From NCBI GenBank assembly GCA_902623395.1, contig CACNTN010000003.1, positions 63,683 through 127,682 of the forward strand: 64,000 nucleotides of DNA, given 5' to 3'. This stretch comes from an uncultured Pelagibacteraceae bacterium. Lineage in GTDB: Bacteria > Pseudomonadota > Alphaproteobacteria > Pelagibacterales > Pelagibacteraceae. This document shows, in pieces, positions 10,286 to 19,639 of the stretch (its first letter is position 1; each line of letters starts with the position of its first letter). Under the pieces are notes generated by a model. The model was not told the DNA's origin and ran no database searches. It saw only the letters and a program-made list of their open reading frames with translations. The position numbers and the translations under genes are program-made.

Positions 10286-11341
10286 ATGCATAAAAAAAAT
10301 TTTTCAGATATCTCATCTATAATTAAAGATGCCAAAAGAGGCAAAATGTTCATATTAGTTGACGATAAAAATAGAGAGAATGAAGGTGATCTAATAATTC
10401 CAGGATCTAAATGCGATTCAAAAAGTATTAATTTTATGGCTAAGCACGGTAGAGGATTAATTTGTTTAGCTCTAACAAAAAAACAAATTGAAACATTAAA
10501 ATTACCTTTAATGTCACCCAAAAATAAATCAAGAATGCAAACAGCATTTACAATTTCAATTGAGGCTAAAAAAGGGATTACCACTGGAATCTCAGCACAT
10601 GATAGAGCTAAAACTATTAAAGTAGCTATAAATCCGAAAGTTAAAAAAAAAGATATAGTCTCGCCTGGTCATGTCTTTCCGCTAGTAGCTAGAAACGGTG
10701 GAGTATTAGAGCGGGCTGGACATACAGAGGCTTCAGTGGATATTTCAAAATTATCAAAACTAAATCCTAGTTCGGTAATTTGCGAAGTTATGAATGAAGA
10801 TGGAAGAATGGCTAGATTGAATGATTTATTCAAATTTTCAAAAAAACATAAAATTAAATTAGCATCTATAGAAGATCTTATTTCATATAGACTTAAATAT
10901 GAAAAATTGATTATTAGACTATCCTCAAAAGTATTCTTACTGAAAAAAATTGGCAAAATTAATCTTTACAGCTTTAAAAATAAACTAGAAAACAATATTA
11001 ATTTTGTTATTTCAAAAGGAATTTTGAATAAGAAAAAATCAGTACCTGTTAGGGTTCTCTCATATGACATAAAAAATAAAAATATCTTTAAAGATAATAG
11101 GGTAAATAAATCTTTGCAAATCTTGAACAAGTATAAAAATTTTTTACTATTGATTATTAATAACAAAAATGCGGTCTCAAAAAATAATGATATTAATACA
11201 TTAAGGTATTATGGAATTGGAGCTCAGATAATTAAAGATCTGAATGTAAAAAATATGATTTTAATTTCTAGGAGTAGAAAAAAAATTATTGGTCTTGAAG
11301 GTTTTGGGCTCAAAATAAAAAAACAGATTATAATAAAATGA
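10286..11341 (+). CDS. ribB: 3,4-dihydroxy-2-butanone-4-phosphate synthase fused to a degenerate GTP cyclohydrolase II-like domain (RibBX type)
   Basis: The N-terminal ~200 aa is canonical RibB ('DDKNRENEGDLI', 'GHVFPL', 'RAGHTEAS'). The C-terminal ~145 aa keeps only the tail of the GCH-II fold and has no Cys residues. Confidence 0.8.
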   Translation: MHKKNFSDISSIIKDAKRGKMFILVDDKNRENEGDLIIPGSKCDSKSINFMAKHGRGLICLALTKKQIETLKLPLMSPKNKSRMQTAFTISIEAKKGITTGISAHDRAKTIKVAINPKVKKKDIVSPGHVFPLVARNGGVLERAGHTEASVDISKLSKLNPSSVICEVMNEDGRMARLNDLFKFSKKHKIKLASIEDLISYRLKYEKLIIRLSSKVFLLKKIGKINLYSFKNKLENNINFVISKGILNKKKSVPVRVLSYDIKNKNIFKDNRVNKSLQILNKYKNFLLLIINNKNAVSKNNDINTLRYYGIGAQIIKDLNVKNMILISRSRKKIIGLEGFGLKIKKQIIIK

Positions 11342-11763
11342 AAAAAATTTTAATAATTAATTCAAATTACTATAAAAAAATTTCAAAAAATTTAGTTTTA
11401 AATGCAAGTAAAAAATTAATTAAAGAAAAATTTAATCTTAAGATACTAGATGTACCTGGTATTTACGAAATACCAATAGCAATAAGAAAAAATATTTATA
11501 AGTTTGATGGTTTTGTTGCTCTTGGTTGTGTAATAAAAGGCCAAACCCCTCATTTTGATTTAATATGTTCCTCTACTTTTAATGCAATTCTAAGTCTCTC
11601 AATTAACTTCAATAAACCTATCGGCAATGGTATAATAACAGCCTACAATCTTAATCAAGCTTACAAGAGAAGTAAAAAATCAGATTCGAAGAAGAAAAAT
11701 AAAGGGTCAGAAGCAGCAAATGCAGTAATATCTATCTTTAAAAATGGACCCAAAAAAATCTAA
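11338..11763 (+). CDS. ribH: 6,7-dimethyl-8-ribityllumazine synthase
   Basis: 141 aa. 'VPGIYEIP' and 'ALGCVIKGQTPHFDLI' lumazine synthase motifs. Confidence 0.85.
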   Translation: MKKILIINSNYYKKISKNLVLNASKKLIKEKFNLKILDVPGIYEIPIAIRKNIYKFDGFVALGCVIKGQTPHFDLICSSTFNAILSLSINFNKPIGNGIITAYNLNQAYKRSKKSDSKKKNKGSEAANAVISIFKNGPKKI

Positions 11764-12145
11764 AAATTCATCTCCGCGTATAAAAGTAATTCAAAAACTT
11801 TATAATTCATTAATGAATCCTGGTGGTGAAATTGTATATCCAAAAAGTCAGTTTAAAAAATATATCAAAGATGTAGTCACAGGAACTCTGGAAAGATCTG
11901 AATTAATTGAGGAAAAAATAAAATTATATCTCTCCGAAGATATTGATTTAACAAAAACAGATAAGTTACTTAAAATTATATTATTTGCTGCAATTTTTGA
12001 GTTAATGTATAAGCAAGGGTCACCAAAAAAAGTAATAATTAATGAGTATGTATCAGCTTCCGAACACTTTCTTGAGAAAATTCAGATAGGTTATTTAAAC
12101 GCAATTCTAGATAAAATAGCTAAGGAAATAAGAAAAGATGAATAA
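11744..12145 (+). CDS. nusB: transcription antitermination factor NusB
   Basis: 133 aa, follows ribH as in many bacteria. NusB-like helical repeat ('IILFAAIFELMY', 'YLNAILDKI'). Confidence 0.8.
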   Translation: MDPKKSKNSSPRIKVIQKLYNSLMNPGGEIVYPKSQFKKYIKDVVTGTLERSELIEEKIKLYLSEDIDLTKTDKLLKIILFAAIFELMYKQGSPKKVIINEYVSASEHFLEKIQIGYLNAILDKIAKEIRKDE

Positions 12146-12212
12146 AATTGTTATTATATTGAACTTTAGCTTGCGTTTTTAATATTAATTTGGCATTTAT
12201 GCGCTTTAAATT

Positions 12213-14315
12213 ATGACAAATTATTTAGAATTACTTTACTTAATTGCTTTTATTGGTGTTTTAGCTGTTGCTTATAGCTATTTATTATCTGGTCAGATCA
12301 TTTCCTCCAGTCCGGGGAATAATAGAATGCAAGAGATTGCAGAAGCAATTCAAATAGGAGCTAAAGCCTACTTAAATAGGCAATACAAAACTATTGCTTT
12401 AGTTGGTATTATTGTTCTAGCAATTGTAACATATTTTTTTAGTTATTTAGTTGGTATTGGATATTTCATTGGTGCTTTTTTATCAGGTGTAGCTGGCTAT
12501 GTTGGAATGTTAATATCAGTTAAAGCTAATGTTAGAACAGCTGAAGCTGCTAGACAAAGTTTACAATCAGGCTTAACAATCGCTTTTAAATCAGGTGCAA
12601 TTACAGGATTACTGGTTGCTGGTCTAGCATTGCTATCTATAACATTTTACTACATAGTTCTCATTAATTTTGAAGTAGACAATAGAGAAATAATAAATGC
12701 TTTAGTAGCATTGGGCTTTGGGGCATCTCTTATATCAATATTCGCAAGACTTGGCGGGGGAATATTTACTAAAGGTGCTGATGTGGGTGCAGATCTTGTA
12801 GGGAAAGTTGAAGCAGGAATTCCAGAAGATGACCCAAGAAACCCAGCAGTTATAGCTGATAACGTAGGAGATAATGTAGGAGATTGTGCTGGAATGGCCG
12901 CAGATCTATTTGAAACTTATGCCGTGACTATAGTAGCAACAATGGTTTTATCATCAATTTTTTTTCCATCAGATTACAACTTAATGATTTATCCATTAGC
13001 AATAGGTGGAGCATGTATAATTACTTCAATCATAGGAACTTGGTTTGTAAAATTAGGAAAAAGTAAAAATATAATGGGTGCTTTATATAAAGGTTTTATT
13101 GTTACAGCCATCACATCGTTATTGATATTGTACCCTGTAACAAACTCAATAGTCGGATTAACAGAAACTTATAGTAATTCTGGAAAAACATTTAATGGTA
13201 TGGACCTATATATTTGTGGAGTAGTTGGATTTATAATTACTGGTCTTTTAATATGGATTACAGAGTACTATACAGGAACAAATTATAGACCTGTCAAAAC
13301 TGTTGCTCAATCTTCGACAACAGGACACGGTACCAATGTTATACAAGGTCTTGCTATTTCCATGGAAGCTACTGCAGTGCCTGCATTAATTATTGTTTCA
13401 GGAATTTTGTATACGAATTCACTTGCAGGACTCTTTGGTATAGCTATCGCCGTTACAGCCATGTTAGCACTCACTGGGATGGTAGTAGCATTAGACGCCT
13501 ATGGTCCAGTCACAGATAATGCAGGAGGAATTGCAGAAATGTCAAAACTTCCAAAAAACGTCAGAAAAACTACAGATGCATTAGACGCCGTAGGTAATAC
13601 AACAAAAGCTGTTACAAAAGGTTATGCAATCGGTTCAGCAGGTTTGGGCGCGTTAGTTTTATTTGCGGCTTATACTGAAGATATAAAATATTTTTCGACA
13701 GTCAAAGGCTCAGCTCTTGAAGGCATTAATGTAACATTTGATTTATCTAATCCTTTTGTTGTTGCAGGATTATTAATAGGAGGGATGTTGCCATATTTGT
13801 TTGGATCAATGGGCATGCAAGCAGTTGGTAGAGCTGGAGGTGCAGTCGTGGTTGAAGTAAGAAGACAGTTTAAGAAGATACCAGGGATAATGAAAGGTAA
13901 AAGAAAGCCAGATTATGGAAAGCTAGTTGATCTTTTAACAAAAGCAGCAATCAAAGAAATGATTATTCCATCCTTATTACCGGTGTTATCTCCTGTAGTT
14001 TTATATTTTGTAATTTTACAAATCGGAGGTATGGAAGCAGCATTATCGTCATTAGGTGCTATGTTGCTAGGTGTGATTATTACAGGTTTGTTTGTAGCTG
14101 TCTCGATGACAGCTGGTGGTGGTGCTTGGGATAATGCTAAAAAATATATAGAGGATGGAAATTTTGGTGGTAAAGGATCAGAAGCACATAAATCAGCTGT
14201 AACGGGTGACACTGTCGGAGATCCATATAAAGATACAGCAGGCCCGGCTGTAAACCCGATGATAAAAATTACAAATATAGTTGCTTTATTACTTTTAGCT
14301 GTAATAGCTCACTAA
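12213..14315 (+). CDS. hppA: membrane-bound proton-translocating pyrophosphatase (K+-independent signature)
   Basis: 700 aa, polytopic. '[21 protein letters not shown]', '[18 protein letters not shown]' and 'GNTTKA' (Lys variant) at 13593-13610. Confidence 0.95.
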   Translation: MTNYLELLYLIAFIGVLAVAYSYLLSGQIISSSPGNNRMQEIAEAIQIGAKAYLNRQYKTIALVGIIVLAIVTYFFSYLVGIGYFIGAFLSGVAGYVGMLISVKANVRTAEAARQSLQSGLTIAFKSGAITGLLVAGLALLSITFYYIVLINFEVDNREIINALVALGFGASLISIFARLGGGIFTKGADVGADLVGKVEAGIPEDDPRNPAVIADNVGDNVGDCAGMAADLFETYAVTIVATMVLSSIFFPSDYNLMIYPLAIGGACIITSIIGTWFVKLGKSKNIMGALYKGFIVTAITSLLILYPVTNSIVGLTETYSNSGKTFNGMDLYICGVVGFIITGLLIWITEYYTGTNYRPVKTVAQSSTTGHGTNVIQGLAISMEATAVPALIIVSGILYTNSLAGLFGIAIAVTAMLALTGMVVALDAYGPVTDNAGGIAEMSKLPKNVRKTTDALDAVGNTTKAVTKGYAIGSAGLGALVLFAAYTEDIKYFSTVKGSALEGINVTFDLSNPFVVAGLLIGGMLPYLFGSMGMQAVGRAGGAVVVEVRRQFKKIPGIMKGKRKPDYGKLVDLLTKAAIKEMIIPSLLPVLSPVVLYFVILQIGGMEAALSSLGAMLLGVIITGLFVAVSMTAGGGAWDNAKKYIEDGNFGGKGSEAHKSAVTGDTVGDPYKDTAGPAVNPMIKITNIVALLLLAVIAH

Positions 14316-14779
14316 AATTCTCTTTTACGATTGCTATACATTTTTTGTTTAAGACTTTGCAGAAATGAATACACAAAACTTTTTTTGGAAAAGTCGTTAT
14401 TAGTTGATTTTTTTGAAAAATTAATTTTTTTTAAATCTTCTTTAGTTAAAACTTGTTTAAATTTTAAAATTCCATATTTATCAAAATTTAATACTAAAAT
14501 ATTATTTTCTTCAAGAGTATGCTTCCCTAACTTGTAATATTTGCCTTTTTTAAGTATTCTCTCTAAATATATCCAAGAGTTTTCGTCATTTTCATTTTTT
14601 ATTTGAGGCTCACCCATAATTTTTATAACATCATTCTTATTTGTCTTATTAAGATCTAATTTTTTAGCTCTATTTTCTAGAAAAACTATTCCATGTGTCT
14701 TATAAGGTTCTTGTAATTGGCAACTTAATAAAAAAAATAAAATCAAAAACTTAAGATGATATTTAATTTTGAAAAACAT
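14312..14779 (-). CDS. bamE: outer-membrane lipoprotein, BamE/SmpA/OmlA-like
   Basis: Lipoprotein signal with lipobox 'LLSC'. '[13 protein letters not shown]...NSWIY' SmpA/OmlA-like core. Confidence 0.6.
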   Translation of the reverse strand: MFFKIKYHLKFLILFFLLSCQLQEPYKTHGIVFLENRAKKLDLNKTNKNDVIKIMGEPQIKNENDENSWIYLERILKKGKYYKLGKHTLEENNILVLNFDKYGILKFKQVLTKEDLKKINFSKKSTNNDFSKKSFVYSFLQSLKQKMYSNRKREF

Positions 14780-15247
14780 AATACGAAACTTTACAATACA
14801 TTATTGACTTTGTCTCGAAATATTTTTTTCTACAAAAATTTGAATTTTGAGGATAGTTATGAAACGCGTATCTATCTAATGTTTTTTCATTATTCAATAA
14901 TGCTTCAAATTTTAAAAAAAAAAAATAATAAACCAGATCAAGATAATTATAATAATTTATTTTTTTCCATTGAAAACAATTTGAGAGAACTTGGTTTTGG
15001 AGATGTATCTGTTAATAAAAAAATGAAGGAATTAAATAAAATTTTTTATGATATTTTATTAAAATTAAAGTCAAATGAATCTAACTTTGAATTAAACAAG
15101 TCGCTGTGCATTAAATATTTCGAAATACTTGAAAATAGTAAGGAAAAATGGTCAAATTTTAATAGATATTTCCAAAAATTCTACAACTTTTGTTTTGAAT
15201 TAGATGTTGATAATATGTTAAAAGAAATTCAAAATTATAAATATTAA
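14756..15247 (+). CDS. ubiquinol-cytochrome c chaperone-family protein
   Basis: '[39 protein letters not shown]' and '[18 protein letters not shown]' fit the Ubiq_cyt_C_chap pattern. The alphaproteobacterial position before rpmF-plsX also fits. Confidence 0.5.
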   Translation: MIFNFEKHNTKLYNTLLTLSRNIFFYKNLNFEDSYETRIYLMFFHYSIMLQILKKKNNKPDQDNYNNLFFSIENNLRELGFGDVSVNKKMKELNKIFYDILLKLKSNESNFELNKSLCIKYFEILENSKEKWSNFNRYFQKFYNFCFELDVDNMLKEIQNYKY

Positions 15248-15249
15248 TT

Positions 15250-15423
15250 ATGGCCGTTCCTAAAAGAAAAACATCGACTTCAAAAAAAAAGATGAGAAGA
15301 TCCCATCATAAACTTTCATCTATAAATATTGTTGAAGATAAAAAAAGTGGTGAGTATAAATTATCTCATCACATTGATCTTAAATCTGGTTATTATAACG
15401 GCAAAAAAATTTTAGATATTTAA
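15250..15423 (+). CDS. rpmF: 50S ribosomal protein L32
   Basis: Not in the supplied ORF track (57 aa). My own translation, '[22 protein letters not shown]...', has the canonical L32 N-terminus. It lies directly upstream of plsX. Confidence 0.85.
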   Translation: MAVPKRKTSTSKKKMRRSHHKLSSINIVEDKKSGEYKLSHHIDLKSGYYNGKKILDI

Positions 15424-15432
15424 TCAAATATT

Positions 15433-16467
15433 ATGTCAAAAAAAATTTCTATTGCAATAGATGCAATGGGTGGTGACAATTCTCCTGATAAAACACTTGA
15501 GGGTGTAAAATTATTTTTAGAAAAAAATAAAACAAAAAAAGACTTTTTACTTAATATTTTTGGTAAGGAAAATATTTTAAAAAAAAAATTAGATAATTTA
15601 AATATAAACACAGATCAAATAAACATAATTAATTCTAATAATGTGGTTTCAGATGAGGAATCTCCAATGACTGCTGTCAAGAATTCAAAAAATACTAGTA
15701 TGTGGAATTGTATTCAACATCAACTTGAAGGAAAATCTGATATTAGTCTATCTGCAGGTAATACCGGTGTATTGTTGGTTATTTCAAGAATGATTTTAAA
15801 AATGATGAACCAAGTAAGTAAACCTGCATTAGCAGGTCTATGGCCAAATCAAAATGGAATGAATGTAGTTTTAGACCTTGGAGCAAACATTGAATGCAAC
15901 GATCAAAACTTAGTTGAATTTGCCGAACTGGGGTCTGCTCTATTTAAATCTTTATTTATTAATGACAAACCTAAAGTTTCTCTTCTTAATATTGGATCTG
16001 AAGAAATTAAGGGAACAGAAATGCTAAAATCTGCCTCTAAAAGGTTACGAGAATTATCAAATGAAGAAAATTTTATTTATAATGGATATATAGAAGGTAA
16101 TAATATCATGAAAGGAGACTCTAATGTAATAGTCACTGATGGATTTACAGGTAATATCGCTTTAAAAACAGCTGAAGGTACTGCAAAATTTATAACTACA
16201 AATCTTAAAAAATCTTTAACAGAAAATATAATCTCAAAACTATCTTTAATTTTTTCATATTTTTCTTTAAAAAAATTTAAAGAAAAACTAGATCCAAGAA
16301 AATATAATGGAGCAATATTTTTAGGCTTAAATGGACCAGTTGTTAAAAGTCATGGTGGAATTGACTCTATTGGTTTTTATTATTCTATTGATTTATGTTA
16401 TAAAATTGTAAAGGGTGATTTGATGAGTCAAATAAAAAAAAATTTAAACCATACTAACAGTGCTTAA
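15433..16467 (+). CDS. plsX: phosphate acyltransferase PlsX
   Basis: 'ISIAIDAMGGDNSP' N-terminus and 'VTDGFTGNIALKTAEG'. 344 aa. Confidence 0.9.
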   Translation: MSKKISIAIDAMGGDNSPDKTLEGVKLFLEKNKTKKDFLLNIFGKENILKKKLDNLNINTDQINIINSNNVVSDEESPMTAVKNSKNTSMWNCIQHQLEGKSDISLSAGNTGVLLVISRMILKMMNQVSKPALAGLWPNQNGMNVVLDLGANIECNDQNLVEFAELGSALFKSLFINDKPKVSLLNIGSEEIKGTEMLKSASKRLRELSNEENFIYNGYIEGNNIMKGDSNVIVTDGFTGNIALKTAEGTAKFITTNLKKSLTENIISKLSLIFSYFSLKKFKEKLDPRKYNGAIFLGLNGPVVKSHGGIDSIGFYYSIDLCYKIVKGDLMSQIKKNLNHTNSA

Positions 16468-16750
16468 GAATATTAATAAGGGAAATATAATTAAAGCGTT
16501 AAGTGTTAAAACAGGTTTCTCAGCAAATTTTTCAAAAAAATTAATTGAAGACTTAATTCAGATTATTATACAAAATATTAAAGCAGATGAATTGATTTTA
16601 AAAAATTTGGGTTCGTTTAAGCTAATACAGAAGAATGAAAGAGTAGGGAGGAATCCAAAGACAAAAGAGGAATTTTCTATATCACCAAGAAAATCAATAA
16701 GTTTCACCCCGTCAAAAATATTGATAGAAAAATTGAATAAGGACAAATGA
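16460..16750 (+). CDS. ihfA: integration host factor subunit alpha (HU/IHF family)
   Basis: 96 aa. 'LGSFKLIQKNERVGRNPKTKEEFSISPRKSISFTPSK' is the HU/IHF beta-arm. GTG start. Confidence 0.8.
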   Translation: MLKNINKGNIIKALSVKTGFSANFSKKLIEDLIQIIIQNIKADELILKNLGSFKLIQKNERVGRNPKTKEEFSISPRKSISFTPSKILIEKLNKDK

Positions 16751-17127
16751 ATAAATTAAGCAGTATTTCAGAAGTTTCAAAAATATTAGATCTAATAGAT
16801 CCAAAGACTAAAAAGCCTCAAAACCATGTGTTAAGATATTGGGAAAAAGAATTTAGAGAAATTAAACCAAAAAAGATAAATAATCGAAGATATTATTCAT
16901 TGAAACAAGTTGAAATTATTAAAATGATTAAATTTTTACTAAAAAACAAGGGCATGACTATCTCTGGTGTTAAAAGTATTTTAAATACTTATACTATTAA
17001 TCTTGACGATCGTAATAGTGATAGTTTAAGAACTGATATTTATAAAGATATCTTAAAATTAAAAAGTAAATCTTTATTAAACAAAATTAAAAAAATTAAA
17101 TCTTATGGCAAAAAAAACGCATCTTAA
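16747..17127 (+). CDS. MerR-family transcriptional regulator
   Basis: N-terminal HTH with 'HVLRYWEKEF', typical of MerR. Follows ihfA, as in alphaproteobacteria. Confidence 0.6.
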   Translation: MNKLSSISEVSKILDLIDPKTKKPQNHVLRYWEKEFREIKPKKINNRRYYSLKQVEIIKMIKFLLKNKGMTISGVKSILNTYTINLDDRNSDSLRTDIYKDILKLKSKSLLNKIKKIKSYGKKNAS

Positions 17128-17296
17128 AGTACGAATGGTTCCAGAGAGTAATCCGGACAGTAAATTTGTATATTACGCTAAAAAACCAACTAAAGGTGAA
17201 AAAGCAAAAGAAAAATTAAAACTAAAAAAATACAATCCAAATACACGTAAACATGAATTTTTTGTTGAAAAAAAATTACCACCTCACAGTAAATAA
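17105..17296 (+). CDS. rpmG: 50S ribosomal protein L33
   Basis: 'MAKK...KLKLKKYNPNTRKHEFFVEKK' matches the L33 C-terminal pattern (KLELRKFDP..R.H..Y.E.K). Confidence 0.8.
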   Translation: MAKKTHLKVRMVPESNPDSKFVYYAKKPTKGEKAKEKLKLKKYNPNTRKHEFFVEKKLPPHSK

Positions 17297-17578
17297 TTAT
17301 TTTTTTTTAAAATTTCTAAATTCGTAATCGATAAAAGCACTAATCATAGATCTCCATATTTTATTAGTAATTTTTGTATCAACTTTTCTTTTTTTTGATT
17401 TTTTTGAAATATTTTTTAAAATAATAGCTATCCTTTTTCTATCAATAATATCTTTTTTAAATTTTTTATTTTGAATGACTAAGTCAACAAGTTTTGTACG
17501 TTTCTTAATTATATCAAGTAAACTATTGTCTAATTTATCTAGTTTTTTCCTTATTTTGATTATGTTTTTATTAACCAT
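17297..17578 (-). CDS. chorismate mutase (AroQ/type II, small)
   Basis: 93-aa all-helical protein. 'IRKKLDKLDNSLLDIIKKRTKLVDLV' resembles the CM_2 N-terminal helix. Confidence 0.5.
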   Translation of the reverse strand: MVNKNIIKIRKKLDKLDNSLLDIIKKRTKLVDLVIQNKKFKKDIIDRKRIAIILKNISKKSKKRKVDTKITNKIWRSMISAFIDYEFRNFKKK

Positions 17579-17629
17579 AGCGACAATATAAAAATTAAGA
17601 ATATTTCAATAATTATATATATTTACTTC

Positions 17630-18655
17630 ATGTATTCAAACGAGAAAAAAATTAATATAATATTTACTTATTGGTTAAAAATTTCTTTATTCCTTGTTTT
17701 TTCTATTATTATTATAGGTGGCTTAACTAGACTTACCAATTCCGGACTTTCAATAACAGAATGGGAGCTATTTAAAGGCATTCTCCCCCCTCTAAACGAA
17801 AATGCTTGGATAACATATTTTAATCAGTACAAGCAAATACCTCAATACAAATTTTTAAATTATAATATGTCATTACAAGAATTTAAGATAATATTTTATT
17901 GGGAGTACATTCATAGAATTTTAGCTAGAATAATTGGGCTATTTTTTTTAATACCATTAATATATTTTTATTTTACTAAAAAAATTAAAAGCAGTTATAT
18001 AAATATTTGTTGTTTAATTTTATCATTAATTATATTTCAGGGAGTAATTGGGTGGTATATGGTAAAAAGTGGGTTAGTAAATGATATTACTGTTAGTCAT
18101 TATAGATTATCTATCCATCTCATTACTGCAATATTGATTATATCTATGATTTTTTGGTTATTAAGAAATATTACTTTTGAACAAAATAAATTATTCTTTA
18201 AATTATCTGCAGCTAACCTTCCTTTTCAAATATTAATTTTTTTAATTTTTACCCAAATAATTATCGGAGCTTTTGTATCTGGCTTAGATGCAGGTAAGAT
18301 TTACCAAACTTGGCCTTTGATGGGTAATCATTATATTCCAGACGACTTAATTTTTTTAGAGATTGCAGACATTCTTAAGTTTGATGACCATTCTTTAGTT
18401 CAATTTTATCACAGAAATTTTGCTTATTTAATAGTTTTTTATGTTCTTATATTAAGTGTAGTAATATATAAACAGAAAATTACTAATTTATATAAGCCTT
18501 TAAGAATACTGATTTTGGTTTTAATTATACAGGCCTTACTAGGAATTATAACTCTTGTTAGTGGTCTTAATATTTATTTAGCTTCATTACATCAAATAAC
18601 AAGTGTCATATTGGTATTTAGCGCATTAAATCTATATTATTTAAGAACTAAATAA
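17630..18655 (+). CDS. ctaA: heme A synthase (COX15/CtaA)
   Basis: 341 aa, about 8 TM segments. 'GGLTRLTNSGLSITEW', 'EYIHR' and 'HQ' histidine motifs of the COX15 family. Confidence 0.8.
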   Translation: MYSNEKKINIIFTYWLKISLFLVFSIIIIGGLTRLTNSGLSITEWELFKGILPPLNENAWITYFNQYKQIPQYKFLNYNMSLQEFKIIFYWEYIHRILARIIGLFFLIPLIYFYFTKKIKSSYINICCLILSLIIFQGVIGWYMVKSGLVNDITVSHYRLSIHLITAILIISMIFWLLRNITFEQNKLFFKLSAANLPFQILIFLIFTQIIIGAFVSGLDAGKIYQTWPLMGNHYIPDDLIFLEIADILKFDDHSLVQFYHRNFAYLIVFYVLILSVVIYKQKITNLYKPLRILILVLIIQALLGIITLVSGLNIYLASLHQITSVILVFSALNLYYLRTK

Positions 18656-18697
18656 ATTGACATTATTACACAATCTTTGTATCTATCGCCCATTATC

Positions 18698-19156
18698 ATG
18701 ACACCGTTTATTAAAAAGAAAGAGATAAAAAAAGATTGGTATATCATAGATGCTCAAAACGCAGCTGTTGGAAGGTTAGCAGCATATATATCGAAGGTCT
18801 TAAGGGGTAAAAATAAAGCAACTTTTAATCCACATATGGATAATGGAGATTTTGTGGTTGTTACAAACATAGATAAAATAAAATTTACAGGTAAAAAATT
18901 TTCTAACAAAAAGTATTATAGACATACTGGGCATCCAGGAGGTATTAAAGAGTCGAGCCCTTCATTACTAAAAGAAAAAAATAAAACTGAAGAAATTTTA
19001 AAATTAGCTGTAAAAAGAATGTTACCAGGCGGTCCTCTAGCAAAAAAACAACTAACTAAATTAAAGATTTATAACGGAGACAAACATCCTCATGAATTAC
19101 AAAAACCAAAAAAAATAGATTTTGAAAAATTGAATAAGAGAAATGTAATTAAATAA
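18698..19156 (+). CDS. rplM: 50S ribosomal protein L13
   Basis: 'KKDWYIIDAQNAAVGRLAAYISKVLRGK' is canonical L13. The ATG at 18698 is preferred over the listed TTG at 18677. Confidence 0.9.
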   Translation: MTPFIKKKEIKKDWYIIDAQNAAVGRLAAYISKVLRGKNKATFNPHMDNGDFVVVTNIDKIKFTGKKFSNKKYYRHTGHPGGIKESSPSLLKEKNKTEEILKLAVKRMLPGGPLAKKQLTKLKIYNGDKHPHELQKPKKIDFEKLNKRNVIK

Positions 19157-19596
19157 TGAGTCAATCTAATCAGACATCACTCAAAACAAAAAAAATTAAG
19201 CTCGATTTTAAAGACAGTAAATATGCAACTGGTAGAAGAAAAAAATCTATTGCTAAAGTGTGGGTAAAAAAAGGTTCAGGAAATATTCATGTAAACGGTA
19301 TAAAAATGAATGAATATTTTAAAAGACCAGTTCATCAAATTATTGTAACTAGGCCATTAGAAATATCAGAGGTAGCTACTAATTATGATGTTAAATGTTC
19401 TGTTAAAGGTGGGGGGTTATCTGGTCAAGCCGGCGCAATAATTTTAGGAATTTCAAAAGCCTTAATCTCTCACGACGAAAATTTGAAAAAAAATTTAAAA
19501 AAAGATAAACTTACCACCAGAGACTCAAGAGTTGTTGAACGTAAAAAGTACGGTCATAGGAAAGCAAGAAGAAGCTTCCAATTCTCTAAGAGATAA
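19156..19596 (+). CDS. rpsI: 30S ribosomal protein S9
   Basis: 'ATGRRKKSIAKVW', 'GGGLSGQAGAI' and C-terminal 'KKYGHRKARRSFQFSKR'. Confidence 0.9.
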   Translation: MSQSNQTSLKTKKIKLDFKDSKYATGRRKKSIAKVWVKKGSGNIHVNGIKMNEYFKRPVHQIIVTRPLEISEVATNYDVKCSVKGGGLSGQAGAIILGISKALISHDENLKKNLKKDKLTTRDSRVVERKKYGHRKARRSFQFSKR

Positions 19597-19639
19597 TCAT
19601 TTCGATTTAATTATAACTAAGGACGGGATATAAGAGATT

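Noticed and set aside
8186-11763. FMN (RFN) riboswitch expected near rib genes
   Set aside because: nrdR, ribD, ribE, ribBX and ribH are separated by 0-2 nt or overlap. There is no non-coding space for an aptamer of about 150 nt.
12146-12212. Sigma-70 promoter call upstream of hppA (TTGAAC at 12159-12164 with an AT-rich -10 region about 17 nt downstream), and similar hexamers in other spacers
   Set aside because: In DNA this AT-rich, -10/-35-like hexamers occur everywhere by chance. Without TSS data I do not consider these calls supportable as features.
13913-14212. 99-aa ORF antisense to hppA, with similar antisense ORFs at 24517-24825, 30193-30459, 36072-36368, 35122-35388 and 38829-39074
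   Set aside because: All lie opposite well-supported long genes and lack motifs. They are treated as shadow ORFs.
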